This document shows positions 13,178-24,920 of a stretch of 64,000 nucleotides of DNA, one piece after another. Source of the stretch: Centroscyllium fabricii. Taxonomy: Eukaryota. The notes under the pieces are model-generated. The model was not told where the DNA came from, made no database searches, and was given only the letters and a program-made list of their open reading frames with translations. The translations under genes and the position numbers were made by a program. The DNA is taken from assembly GCA_051313645.2 (NCBI GenBank), contig JBNRSN020000014.1:44764001-44828000 (forward strand). Direction: 5' to 3'. How positions within the stretch are numbered: the stretch's first letter is position 1; each line of letters opens with the position of its first letter.

Positions 13178-16100
13178 GGAGCGATGTCACAGGACAGCAG
13201 TATGCGATTGGTGGATGAGTATTAGCGTTCTTTCTCTCTAAGCTAGAACAGTGGTTTAACCGAGGAGCAGGAAACTATAATGCACATTATTAAATTTATA
13301 ACTTAACTAGTTAAACTAATTAATATAATTATAAATAGTCATTGAATAAATACTTTATCTAATTAAATAAAACAATGTTAGACTAAGATATGCCAGGACA
13401 GGTTGTGTGTCTGGACTGCAGTTTGTGGACAGCGAGACTGTCCCGAGTGAACACATCTGCAGTAGATATCCCCATCTCGAATCTCTCCGGCTCAGAGTTG
13501 GAGATGCTCTGACACATAAGGGAGCGGGAGGAGTTTCTGGACAGTTTGCTCCAGACTTCGGTCACACCTAGTAGAGAGGTGCAGGACCAGAATGGGTTTG
13601 GTGTGACCGATAGTTTGCAGAGTAAAGGGAACCCAGGTAAGAAAGGGAATGGGGATCCGCACAAACGGATCCTATTCAACAGGTACAGTGTACTTGCTAC
13701 CTGTGAGGATAAGGATAAAGACTGTTGGAAGGACAGCCAGATTGCAGACCCTGGCTGGAGGCTGTCTAACGGGGGAGGAGGAGAGGAAGTGTAGGGGGGT
13801 GATTTTCATGTTCCCGTGAGGCGAGGTTTTCAGCGGCCCGGCCGGCAAAATAGCAGAACCGGCAGGTCCTGCGCTGCCCACCCCCTCACCAACCATATCC
13901 CCGCCGCGTTCTCATTTTCCCCCGCCCAGATTCCCCGCCCCGAAACCTTCCCACCGTCAGCCGGCGGGGATGGGTTGTCACCTCATTAAGGGCCCTTAAT
14001 TGGCATCTTTAATGCCATTTTAAGGGCCCTCAGCCATTTTACCCTGTTTCCCGCCCTAACCCCATCACCTTAAACCCCGCTGGGTGAAACCCAGTGGGAG
14101 CACAGTGCTGGTTATAACTTTCTCCTTCAAGGTGTGAAGGGCATGCTGCCAAATGCTTGGCATGCCTCCAGCACCTTAGAGGAGTAAGTAACTCTGCCGT
14201 GGCTGCAGCAGCTGTGAGCAGAAACTGAGAAATCTCAGTTCTGAACACTTCCTCACAGCCGCTGCGAGCTGTCAAGAATTCTGAGCCCGCCCGCCCACCT
14301 GTCAGTCACCAGCACTTGACTATTCCCATTGGTTCCACTCCACTGTGATGTCACAGTGGAGTATTTCCATGGGAACTGTCAACAACCAGTGCTGGAACTG
14401 TCAATCAAGCTGCTTGCAGCCCCGATGCAGCCTGATTTGATTGACCTAATTACCTCCCGCTGCCGCCGACGTGGATTTAACAACCTAATTAAATTAAAAT
14501 TGCGTGGCCTTCCCAGCTGTTTGGGTGGGCGGGGCCGGAGGCGGCCCAGACCAATCCTCGCCAGTTTCCCGCCCTTCCGGCGAAATCCCCCCCCCCCCCC
14601 GTAATATGGTAGTTGTAGGAGATTCTATAATTAGAGGGGCAGTTAGCATCCTTTGTAAGCAGGATCGAGAGTCCCACATGATATATTGCCTACCTGGTGC
14701 CAGGGTAAGGGACATCTCGAACTGGCTTGAAAGGATATAGGAGAGGGAGGGAGAGAATCCAGTCATTGTGGTCCATATTGGGATCAAAAACATAGGGAAG
14801 AGTAGGGAACAGGTCCTGTTTGGGGAGTACCAGGAACTAGGAGCTAAATGAAAGAACAGGACCTCAAGGGTTATAATCTCTGGATTATTACCTGAGCCAC
14901 ATGCAAATTGGCAGAGGGATAAGCAGATTAGGGAAGTAAACATGTGGCTAAAGGAGTGGTGTGGGAAAGAGGGGTTCCATTTCATGGGGTACTGGCACCA
15001 GTATTGGGACAGGAAGGAGCTGTACCGTTGGGACAGGCACTATTTGAGCCAGTCTGGGACAAGGGTCTTAGTGGAAAGGTTAAATAGGGCGATCACAAGG
15101 ACTTTAAACTAGTAAATGAGGGTGGGGGTGGGGGTGGTGGTGGGGAGGGCTCTGGGAATTTACAATACAAATAGTAGTTCAAAAACAAATGAATGGAAAA
15201 AGAGCAGAAATCGTGCTTTAGGATCTACAGGTAAAGGAGCACTAAAAGATGTTAAGCAATTAAACCAGGAGAGAGAACTAAGAATCATGTGAATAAAGCA
15301 TTAGAGCTGAAGGACAAGTTAGGGTGTATGGCCCGAATAAGCATTTTTTATACAAACACACAAAGTATAAGGAATAAATTGAATGAAATGCAGGCACAAA
15401 TTCAAATCGGAGGGTATGACATGATTGCCATTACTGAGATATGGCTGCAAGACAGTCAGGACTGGGAACTAAGTATACCAGGTTATAAGGTCTACAGGAC
15501 AGATAGGGAAAATGGCAGAGGGGGAAGAGTAGCCTTAGTGATTAGGGATAAAATTAAGAAATAGGAAAGGATCTAAGACTGTAGTGGGAGTTGTATATAG
15601 TTTCCCTGGTAGCAGCTCTGAAGTGCTAGATTGTATAAATGTAGAGATTAGACAAGCATGTAGTAAAGGCAGTGTGGTTTTAATGGTGAATTTTAACTTT
15701 CATATAGATTGAGAACAGCAGTCTAACACCTGTTGGAAAGGTAGTGAATTTTTCAAGTGTGTCTGGGATAGTTTTCTACAACAATATGGCCCAGAGGCAA
15801 CAAGAGGGCATGCCATATTAGATTTAGTAATGAGTAATGAGTCAGATTTAGTTAACAGCCTAACTGCGCGTGAACATTTATCCAATAGTGATCATAACAT
15901 GATCGAATTCAAAGTAGCGTTTAAAGGGAGTAATGCAAAAAAGCTACTAAGATTCTAGATTTAGGTAAGACTGACTTCAACGGGATGAGGCAGAGACTGT
16001 CCACAGGAAACTGGGCAAATCTGTTAATGGGTAAAATGACAGAAGATCAGTGGGAGTTGTTTAAAAAACAATTTAAGGTGATACAGAACCAGTTTATACA

Positions 16101-16475
16101 CCTGAGGGGCAAGAGCTCTACTTGTCAAAAAAACAGCCATGGACAGCTAAAGAGCTGAAGGACAGCATCAAACTAAAGGAAATGGCACAGATCCTGGTGC
16201 ATGGGAAAGATACAAAGAACAGCAAAGGGTCACAAAACAGATAGTAAGAGCTACAAAAAGGAGTATGAAAAGAAACTTGCAAAGGATATCAAAATCAATA
16301 TGAATAATTTTTACAGTTACATTCGGAAAAAGAGGGTGGTCAGGGGCAATGTTGGCCCCTTAATAACTGAAAGTGTTGATATTGTCAATGACAGTGGGAA
16401 AATGGCGGACATGTTGAATAATTACTTTGCGTCAGTATTTACAGCAGAAGAAGAAGATAGCATGCCGGAAATCCC
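13178..16475 (+). pseudogene. CR1 LINE 5' half: 5'UTR, ORF1 (SGNH esterase type) and ORF2 APE endonuclease; disabled, RT absent
   Basis: ORF1 motifs NRYSVL, VVVGDSIIRG, CLPGARVRDI, SGLLP; ORF2 motifs YTNTQSIRNK, IAITEIWL, RGGRVAL, SDHN and MLNNYFASVFT; several stops. Confidence 0.9.
13794..14600. mobile_element. Harbinger-like MITE inserted in CR1 ORF1
   Basis: GGGGGGTGATTTTC / GAAATCCCCCC termini and 3-bp TSD GTA; shares internal motifs with the 24289 family. Confidence 0.8.
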
Positions 16476-16479
16476 CCCC

Positions 16480-17007
16480 CAAATTGTTTTGAATGTTGAT
16501 TTTTCAGTGTTTGACAGCATTGAGGTGCTGCAAACACTAACAACCACTGTACAAAGGTGAGCTCTTGCACCCAAACTCCCCAGTGACTCTCTCCTTTGGC
16601 ACGAACAGATGGCAGCTGCAGGTGAGGTTACAGAAGCGATCTGTCACTGGTGAGAGGTTCTCCCAATGAGGTGGGACTATACATACAATTCAAAACTTGT
16701 TACCTGCAGAAATGTTTAAATGCATAAAATATGATTTTCCCAACATTTTCTTACCTCTGAAACTCACCAGTGCACCATTGGATCCTTCACACCACTTCTG
16801 CAGCTGTCATCAATGCAGAAACTTTACAGCAGATTCACAACATGCCACACTTACCTGGCCTGGTGTCCGGACACGGGAAGCCCGCAGTAGACCTGTCAAA
16901 ATTGGAAAAAGCCAGTTATCTGACTGCTAACCTGCTAACAAGCAGTTAAGTGGCTATAATCCTCTTCCCGCCGCTATGTGTCGGGTCCATGTGCAAATCA
17001 GGGACCC
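16480..17007 (-). mobile_element. Internally deleted Harbinger derivative, inverted relative to 17293-19023
   Basis: 16515-16595 matches the reverse complement of ~18695-18775, and 16600-16660 matches the reverse complement of ~17750-17810. Confidence 0.65.
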
Positions 17008-17084
17008 AACACTTGGGAAGATTGATTGGAGGTGGTTTAACAGTGGGGTTCTGACCTGCTGTCAATCTTTACGATTTTGGCAGA

Positions 17085-17292
17085 TGTCCCGTCTCCAAAC
17101 TTGCCCATTCTACTTAAACTGTCCTCATAGGACAGGCTTCTCATTGCAGGTATTAATCGAGTGAACCTTTGTTGCACCCCCTCTAAGGCAGGTATATCCT
17201 TCCTTAGGTAAAGAGGCCAAAATTGTACACCATACTCCAGGTGAGGTCGCACCAAAGCCCTATATAATTGCAGCAAGACTTCCTCACTCTTA
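17085..17292 (-). mobile_element. CR1 RT 3' fragment; continues at 19024-19064 beyond the Harbinger insertion
   Basis: LYRALVRPHLEYGVQFWP...LEGVQQRFTRLIP; the uninterrupted equivalent is at 63280-63350. Confidence 0.85.
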
Positions 17293-19023
17293 GGTCGAGA
17301 TTTTGCAGGGGGTCAGCAGGTGTGATTGGTGGTGGGTTGGGTGGGAAAGTGTTTTTTTTCCCCAGCGGGTTGGGACCCCGCCGTGAATCCACCGCCACGC
17401 GCCTTTCCCCCAATGTCGTGTCTGTCAGCCCTGAGCAGTCCCGACACACAGTGGCAGGGGACCCAATTTAGGTCAATATGACCTTGTTTAGAGATTAGTA
17501 AGAACACGTTTGAGCTCACCGGTTGATTTTAAGTGCTCGCCCACAGGGCCCTCACTGGTTATGGACCACGTCTGTGAAGCTGAGGCAGGAGTTCAGTGGC
17601 CATTGAATCAGCTGTTGAGTTGACAGCTTCAAATGCACAGTAAAAGCTTCCACCTTACAGAGATATCTTCCCTCAGCCACAAGCTCTTCCTCACTGCATT
17701 TCCACAACAGATTCACCATGCTGAAAGTCTCCATCTATTCTGACCTCATTACCTCTCTCACTATTGACAGATCGCTTCTGTCATCTCTGCTTCACCTGCC
17801 ATCTGTTCCATCAGCATGGGTGCCCTTTATGCTCTCTCACCTTGGTCCTCAGAATCCCACCATGATCAGCTTCAACACCAGCAGCCCCAGGCACACCAGC
17901 AGCACCAACAACAATACCAACCTTCTCCGCAATCAAGTGATGCTGCACAGGACACAGGACATCAGCAGTTGACCACATTGCTGCCTGCAACACCAGACTT
18001 ACTTCACTTGATGCTGCACACCCTGGCTGCCACATGATGCACCAGGTTGGCATCACCCCTCACCAACACCATAAAGCATCCCTACAATGCCCAAGACATT
18101 CCTTTCACACTCATCACCATTACGGGACGTACCATTACGTCTCACCTTTCACTGCAACTCACTAAGATACTTCTAAATGTTCACACAAATCTGTCCAAGA
18201 ATGCAATGTGTTGAAAATAAAGGTTTCAATGATTGACACCACATTAAGAAACTTTACATGAACCTTGGATAAAGCACCCAAGTGTCTACCCCTGTGTGCT
18301 GGTAGTTGGTATGATTGCACTAGGATAAGGGTGAGTGTGAGGGGCTAGTGAGATGGGGAAGTGATCATATAGAGAGTTTTTGGGTGGAGGTGCAAGGTAA
18401 GTTGGTGTGAGTAAGCATGTGCAGGCGTAGGGTAGGGAAGGCAGAGTGATGGTGATGTGCTGAGAGGCACAGCGGGGTGAGGTTGAGTGTGGCTTTGTAC
18501 TAAATGTTTACTAATCTACTGAGATCATTGAAAGTTTTGCGTCACTGCACCCAGGTCCCCCTGACCATATCTGCTTGTGCCCTCTTGTGCAATGTACAAC
18601 CAGGCTGTGTTGATCTCCTGGAGAGGTCTCTACCGCCCATGGGAAGGGAAGAGGACCTCCCTTCTTGCTGTGACTCCCTCCATAAGTATTTGGAGGGAGT
18701 TGTGGGAGAGCCTGGGTGCTGCCGTGCACCCCTGTGCAGTGCTTGTCAGTGTTTGCAGCACCTCAATGCTGTAGGACACTGACAGCACAAATGTCAAACT
18801 AAATTTGAACATGGTCCCTTTAAGGAAACCTGCTGATGACGCATCATCAAATGACATCACCAGACCCGTTTCCTCTAATTGGCTGGGAAACTCGCTGGGC
18901 GGCCTTAATGAGCCACATCAAGGGAAAGTTATTTCAGAGGCCGGGATGGAGCCAGCAGCAGGGTCGGGACCCGCCACCAACATCATCTGACAAGGACCCG
19001 CCAAGGTTAGTAAAATCACGGCC
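17293..19023 (+). mobile_element. Non-autonomous PIF/Harbinger transposon (1.73 kb)
   Basis: TTA TSD on both sides; TIR GGTCGAGATTTTGC / GTAAAATCACGGCC; contains a Myb/SANT remnant. Confidence 0.85.
18515..18725 (-). pseudogene. Myb/SANT-like DNA-binding domain remnant (Harbinger second gene)
   Basis: APRLSHNSLQILMEGVTARREVLFPSHGR*...TAWLYIAQE...TWVQ*RKTFNDL fits the pattern of Harbinger Myb/SANT proteins; has stops and a frameshift. Confidence 0.8.
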
Positions 19024-19064
19024 TTATACTCCAATCACTTGCAAAAAAAGGTTGGCATACCATT

Positions 19065-19840
19065 TAAGATAATTTTATTGCCATATGTAACTGGTACAAT
19101 GGAATGCTTACTCCCCATTCACTCCCACAAAATAAGTGCAAGTATAAAAAGCAAAAGTAAAAAACAAGTATAAATATAGAAAAATAATGAGCAAATAAAC
19201 AAATAAGCAAACAAGTGCAGTTAGCAGTTCAGTAGGCACACTGCCTGTGGGTAGAAACTGTTTTTGAACCTGTTGGTTCTGGTTTGGATGCTTCAGTACT
19301 GATGGCCGGACCGCAGGAGGGAGAACAGATCGTGCCCAGGGTGATTGGGATCCTGGATGATGGAGCAGGCCTTGTTCCGACACCTGGTCTGGAAGATCTC
19401 CTCGATGGATGGAAATGCACAGCCGATGATTTTTTCTGCCGTCCTCACGACCCTCTGAATGGCTTTCCTGTCCTGAGCAGTGGTGTTGCCATACCACACA
19501 GTGACACCACCCATCAGGACACTCTCTATGGTGCCGCGGTAAAAGTTCACAAGCCATTGTGTGCTTATGCCGCATTTCCTCAGGCACTGTAGAGGGTAGA
19601 GGCGCTGGTGTGCCTTCTTCAGCATGGCCTCAGTGTTGTGATTCCAGGTCAGATCGTCAGAGATCTGCAGACCCAGGAATCGGAAGCAACTGACAACTTC
19701 CACTGGTGACCCGTCTATGATAATTGGTCGGTGGTTCCCTCGATGGCTTCTGAAGTCCACGGTGAGCTCCTTAGTCTTGCTGATGTTCAGGGCAAGGTTG
19801 TTATTCTTACACCATCTTATCAGCTGAACTATCTCATCTC
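19065..19840 (-). mobile_element. Rex1/Babar-like LINE, 5'-truncated RT C-terminus and 3'UTR
   Basis: ORF 19293-19760 DFR...FRFLGLQISDDLTW...KKAHQRLY...FYRGTIES...DPNHPGH. Confidence 0.85.
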
Positions 19841-20149
19841 ATCTCTTCCATGTAAGGGGCAAATGCCAATGCACTAGCTCCCGCTTCCAGTGCGATTTTG
19901 AATGGGGTAGAAAAAGATTCAGAAACCTAGTGCAAACTGGGTACTTTACAAATTCCTCCCATAACCACCCAGATAATGGTATCTATTACCTTGAGGGCCT
20001 CAGGAATATCAGGGCTTGGATTCAATTCAACTTGAGCATTACAAAATAAAAAATACCAACAGTTGCTGCTGAACATTGCAGATGTAAATTTAAAACAATA
20101 TTTTCTTCTTATGTTGCGAATATGTAAAATGTGAAAAGAAAGAAAGGAT

Positions 20150-20320
20150 GAGTTTGCAATTCCTGTCGTTCCCAAATGCTTTTACTTTTGCAAAGCCCTC
20201 ACTGTTGTTATGCGGTCACTTTGTACACAGCTAGGTCGCACAACCAGTTTATGAATGTATGACCAGATAATCAGTTTTTAATGGTATTGCTGGAGGAAGG
20301 AATATTGGCCAGGTCAAACG
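20150..20320 (-). mobile_element. SacSINE1/DeuSINE-like fragment
   Basis: gaccagataatcagttttt...aatattggccagg matches the Deu-like domain at 25570-25625. Confidence 0.55.
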
Positions 20321-20688
20321 TGTTAACGGAATTCCTATAGCCTTTGATTTATTGCTTTGCAAACGCGCTAATTTGCAAACACGTAATACTATGATTAACA
20401 TCATAAGGCACCATTGATGGGAGGGGAAAATTCCTCGGTCATATTCATTCTGTGGGCAAAGTCGTAGTAGGTAACACCTCACATTAATTCCATTGTTAAC
20501 TAAGTTCAACCAGATTTCAAAACCGAGTGGTGTGCCACTAAATCATTCAATGAATGATTCATTACATTGTCAAGTGGGTTAGTAACTTTGTTCAATTTAA
20601 TTTTAATGAAGTGAAGGAAAAAGGTAGGAGGGAAATACATTTTAAAAGTATAGTTTGCAGTAGATAACAGCTGAAAGATCTGCATTTT

Positions 20689-21097
20689 GGGCGGCACAGT
20701 GGCATAGTGGTTAGCACTGTTGCCTCACAGCACTAGAGACCCGGGTTCAAATCCAGCCTCGGGTACTATCTGTGTGGAGTTTGCACATTCTCCCCGTGTC
20801 TGCGTGGGTTTCCTCCGGGTGCTCCGGTTTCCTCCCGCAGTCCAAAGATGTGCGGGTTAGTTTGATTGGCCAGGATAAATCGACCCTTAGTGTTAGAGGG
20901 ATTGAATATGTGGGGTTATGGGGATAGGGTGGGATATGTGTAGGTGCAGGCTCGAGAGGGATCGAGGGATATGGGGACAAGGCAGGGACAGGGTGCTGGG
21001 TTTTGGATGATCAGCCATGATCTCATTGAATGGCAGAGCATGCTCGAAGGGCCGAATTGCCTACTCCTGCTCCTATCATCTATGTTTCTATGTTTCT
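20689..21097 (+). mobile_element. HE1/V-SINE-like SINE, full length
   Basis: GGGCGGCACAGTGGCATAGTGGTTAGC head, B box, V-domain core, CR1 tail and (tatgtttc)n end. Confidence 0.9.
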
Positions 21098-21909
21098 GAA
21101 GAAGCCACATTGCAGCAGACAGGTTCTGCTGACGATCTTCAGTACTATTCTTCCCTGACTCTGGTGATTAGGGAGCAAATGAACTACCAATTGACCAAAA
21201 TGAATTGTAGCATAGACAGCTCAGTTTATTCATTTCACTTACACAAGATATTACTTCTAAAATAGATTATGTGGAAAAATAGACTTTAGTAAATAATATA
21301 CAGTGGGTATATATATATTAGAATAGTAACAGTGTGATTTTGATGCTTGCAAGATCTGTCCAGCTTCGTGAGTAAGGGAAACAGCACTAAATTTGAAAGC
21401 AGTCAGTATTCAGTTCATGTCGGAGGCCTTGAAATTATAATGGCAGCAGACATTCATACATACACTAATTATCGCAGCATAATTTCAAGGCGGAAATATT
21501 TGTGACTAATTCCCAAAATAATTTTCTGAGCTTTTTTTTTAAGGTCAGAAGACCAGAGAAAAAGCTTGAGTGATGTTAATGAGCTGTTGTGATGTTACCG
21601 GCGTGGAAATGTGCTTTTTGTGTCCATTCTTCAGTGCCTTCACAAATGTAGTAAAAGAGAAGAGGGAGAATGAGTAAAAGTTCAGAACCCAGCAGTATCA
21701 TTATGGTTTTCCTTCCTTGCACAGAATGTTGGCACACTGTTATGAGATATTTGAACTGCGCTGTGTTGCACATGTCAGTTGTGACTGGATGGGTGCACTA
21801 CTTTATTTTAAATTCTGAATTAATTGCTCCCAGATCGAAGTTGGGAATCCACAGAACTCAATTTGTGACCTTATCAAAATACAAATCTGACTTGTATTAA
21901 TCAACATAG

Positions 21910-22112
21910 TCATGATGTGGAGGTGCCGGTGTTGGACTGGGGTGGACAAATGTCAGAAGTCACACAACACCAGGTTATAGTCCAACAGTTTTATTTGAAA
22001 TCACAAGCTTTCAGAGCGCTGCTCCTTCATCAGGCGAAGGCGCAGGTCTCCGAAAGCTTGTGATTTCAAATAAAACTGTTGGACTGTAACCTGGTGTTGT
22101 GTGACTTCTTGC
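21910..22112 (-). mobile_element. Penelope-type short insertion, partly inverted, with a hammerhead-like motif
   Basis: 14-bp TSD ATTAATCAACATAG (21896-21909, 22113-22126); inverted arms ~21955-22013 and 22050-22110. Confidence 0.8.
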
Positions 22113-22176
22113 ATTAATCAACATAGGGCAGGATCTGAACCTCCATTTTATAATTGAAAACACTCAAAGGAACTAT

Positions 22177-22929
22177 GGGCGCAATCTTCGTGAGCGCACG
22201 AATTGGGGCGCTAAAATTGGCGCTGCGCAAAAATTAGCGTCGGTGCTAAATTAGCGCCGAAGTGCCCGATATTCACTTTAGCGCCGGCCTTGCAGATTTT
22301 GGCGCTAAATCAGGTGTCGCACGAGATCCAGCTGGCCAATTTTTTGGCGCTAATTGCTGATCGCGGGTGCAGCGCTCCTTCAGCAACTCCTTGCTTTCCC
22401 ATGAACTCTGGAGCCGGACAGGTCTTAAAGTGGTAGGGGAAACATTGCTTGATGTGTCGGCACCCTTCCCTCATCATCTCCCCGATCTCGCCCGGCCCCC
22501 CTCAGCATCTCCCCGATCTCGCCCGACCCCCCTCCCCTCTCCCGCAGCATCTGCCCGATCTCGGGACCCCCTCCCCCCTCCCGCAGCAACTGGCCGATCT
22601 CAGGCCGAAGAGGCTACCGAGGAAAGGGGGTGTCGCCCTTTTAGGAGCGCTGCAGCGGCCACACAGACCCTCAGCAGTGCTTGTCAAAGCTGTCGCTGTT
22701 AATCGGCGGCCGTGGCCGAATATGGGGCGCAGGATGCAGGGCGGGCGTTGCACGAGGATCACGGCTAGGAATCAGGCACTGAAATTAGCGCGTGCTAACA
22801 GTTAGCGCAGGCGCTATTTGCTAGGTAAATTTAGCGGCCGGCGCTATTTTTGCCGCTAATTCGGCGCCGACCCATTAGCACCCATTTTTGGCACTAATGG
22901 GCCGGCGCTAAGGCACCAATTTTGCACCC
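22177..22929. mobile_element. Harbinger-like MITE with subterminal TAGCGCC/GGCGCTA repeats
   Basis: TIR GGGCGCAATCTT / AATTTTGCACCC and TSD TAT; CpG-rich. Confidence 0.8.
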
Positions 22930-24590
22930 TATATCTATTAAAACAATTCAGCATACAATTTATGCATACAGTGTAAATTGTAGAATCTCCCTGTTGATAT
23001 GTAGGTTTACATTTGAGTTTTCAAAGGCTCATTCTTCCATCAGCAGCAGAAATCTTGCTTGAATAAAACAAAGCATTCTATAAGCTTACAAGGTACCTTT
23101 TCACAAGGTGTAGAATTATTTGTAGCTAGGTGTTAGCTGCCAAGGAGATGTATCAAGAACTAATAAGTGTTTTTCTTTCTGACCCGTGTGCTGTAAGGTG
23201 AGAAGATTTAAGGAGTTTTGCTCTTCGAACTGTTCATATTAGTGTAGTTTTATTCAAATACCACCAGGTGCTGCCAAAGTCTAGGAGAGCTTTTTCAGTA
23301 CTTTGAATAGGTAGCGAGGTACAAAGATACAACAATAAACAATGCAATTCGTTATTTCATAAGGTTAACATGGAAGACCCTTGGCAAGGGTTCATGTAAC
23401 AAGCAACATAAAATAGTTTAGGACAAAGCATGGCTGCAATCTCCTTTGCTGTTTTGTTACGTAATAAATCTGTGATATGAACTGCAAATGATTTTGTCTG
23501 TATAAACCTAAGCCCCTACTGGGCATCAGTGAAAGAGATTGAGTTGTTTAATTGCATCTATTTAAGTTGTGCTCTCACATTCAGATTTAATTTATTATAA
23601 TTATTTATTTCATAAAGCAGGCATGAGTCAAGTAATTAAATTAAAGTCTTGCCTAAAGGTTATCTTGAGAGTTTCTGAGTACTTTTGATCCTTTTCATAG
23701 AGAAGGAATGACAGAAACAATTTCACTGCAGCAACTTCATAAATGTGTGAGGTTAACATCTTATCTTCGGTTATTAAGATTTTAACAAGCTGAACAGAAA
23801 CAGTGTACATTTATTTCAAGACGAGGGAAAGCTATATAATATGGCAGCTTATTTTTTTAAACCCCCAGTTGATTGCACTTCTTTTAATTATGAATTGATT
23901 TACTCTAAAATGAGTGAAATTATGCATAATTCCACCAAATATTACAAGGTCTGGTTGATTTTATTTTCACAGGATGTGGGTGTTACTGGCAAAGCCAGCA
24001 CTTATTGCCCATATCTAATTGCCCTTGGGCAGGTGGTGGGGAGCCACCTTCTTGAACTGCTGCTGTCCATGTAGTGTTTTCCTAGCAGTTTGATACAACT
24101 GAGTGGCTTGCCAGGCCATTTCAGAGGGCAGTTAAGAGTCAACCACATTGCCGTGGGCCTGGAGTCACATATAGGCCAGACTGGGTAAGGCAGCAGATTT
24201 CCTTTCCTAAAGGACATTAGTAAACCAGATGGTTTTTTTTTTGACAATCCGGCAGTTCCATGAAAGAAAAGAAAGAAAGAAAGACATGGGGGGCGGGGGG
24301 TGATTTTCACAAAGGTGTGGGAAGCTGGCGGGTTTTGGATGTGTCAGTTTTCTGACACTAATGTTTGAAGGCCTGGGAACCCCAAGCAATTTTGGCTAAA
24401 CTGGCCAATTAATTGCCTGCGTGTGGGGAGCCCCTGCCAATACACAATTTACAGTCAGAACGTAGGGGGCTGCAGTTGACAGCCGAAGGTTTGATTAGCA
24501 GTTCTAAGGACTGTGTTGTTAGTTTCTATGGAAACAGTCCATTGTGACATCACAATGGAGTGCAACCAAACTCAAAGCCCAAGTGGGTTG

Positions 24591-24920
24591 ACAAATGCAA
24601 GAAGTCACACAACACCAGGTTATAGACCAAGTTTTATTTTAAATCACAAGATTTCGGAGCGCTGCTCCTTCGTCAGGTGGAAGAGAAATTGATCCAAAGA
24701 CCGCACATATGCAAGGGAGAGAGAAATCTGATCTCTCTCACATCCCGATCAGATTTCTCTCTCGCTTGCATATGTGTGGTCTTTGGATCAACTTCTCTTC
24801 CACCTGATGAAAGAGCAGCGCTCCGAAAGCTTGTGATTTCAAATAAAACTGTTGGACTATAACCTGGTGTTGTGTGACTTCTTGCATTTGTCCACCCCAG
24901 TCCAACACCGGCACCTCCAC
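24591..24920. mobile_element. Penelope-type inverted (hairpin) insertion with hammerhead motifs on both strands
   Basis: Arms ~24591-24733 and ~24746-24891 are near-perfect reverse complements; TSD CAAGTGGGTTGA; empty site visible at ~12331-12360. Confidence 0.88.
24801..24835 (+). ncRNA. Minimal type I hammerhead-ribozyme-like motif (Penelope pLTR type)
   Basis: cac-CTGATGA-a-agagc-agc-gctcc-GAAA-gctt-gtg with palindromic AGCT stem III; one mismatch in stem II. Confidence 0.6.

Noticed and set aside
17816-18037. Q/H-rich host protein exon
   Set aside because: It lies inside a TIR/TSD-bounded Harbinger element.
20689-20760. tRNA gene
   Set aside because: The A/B boxes belong to a SINE head; there is no complete cloverleaf and the SINE body follows directly.
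21017-21265. Recurrent small ORFs such as MISLNGGAGSKGRMAYSCSY and MRSWLIIQTQHP
   Set aside because: They are translations of the HE1/CR1 tail and recur with each SINE copy.
22177-22929. CpG-island promoter
   Set aside because: The CpG-rich segment is exactly bounded by TIRs and a TSD, so it is a young MITE.
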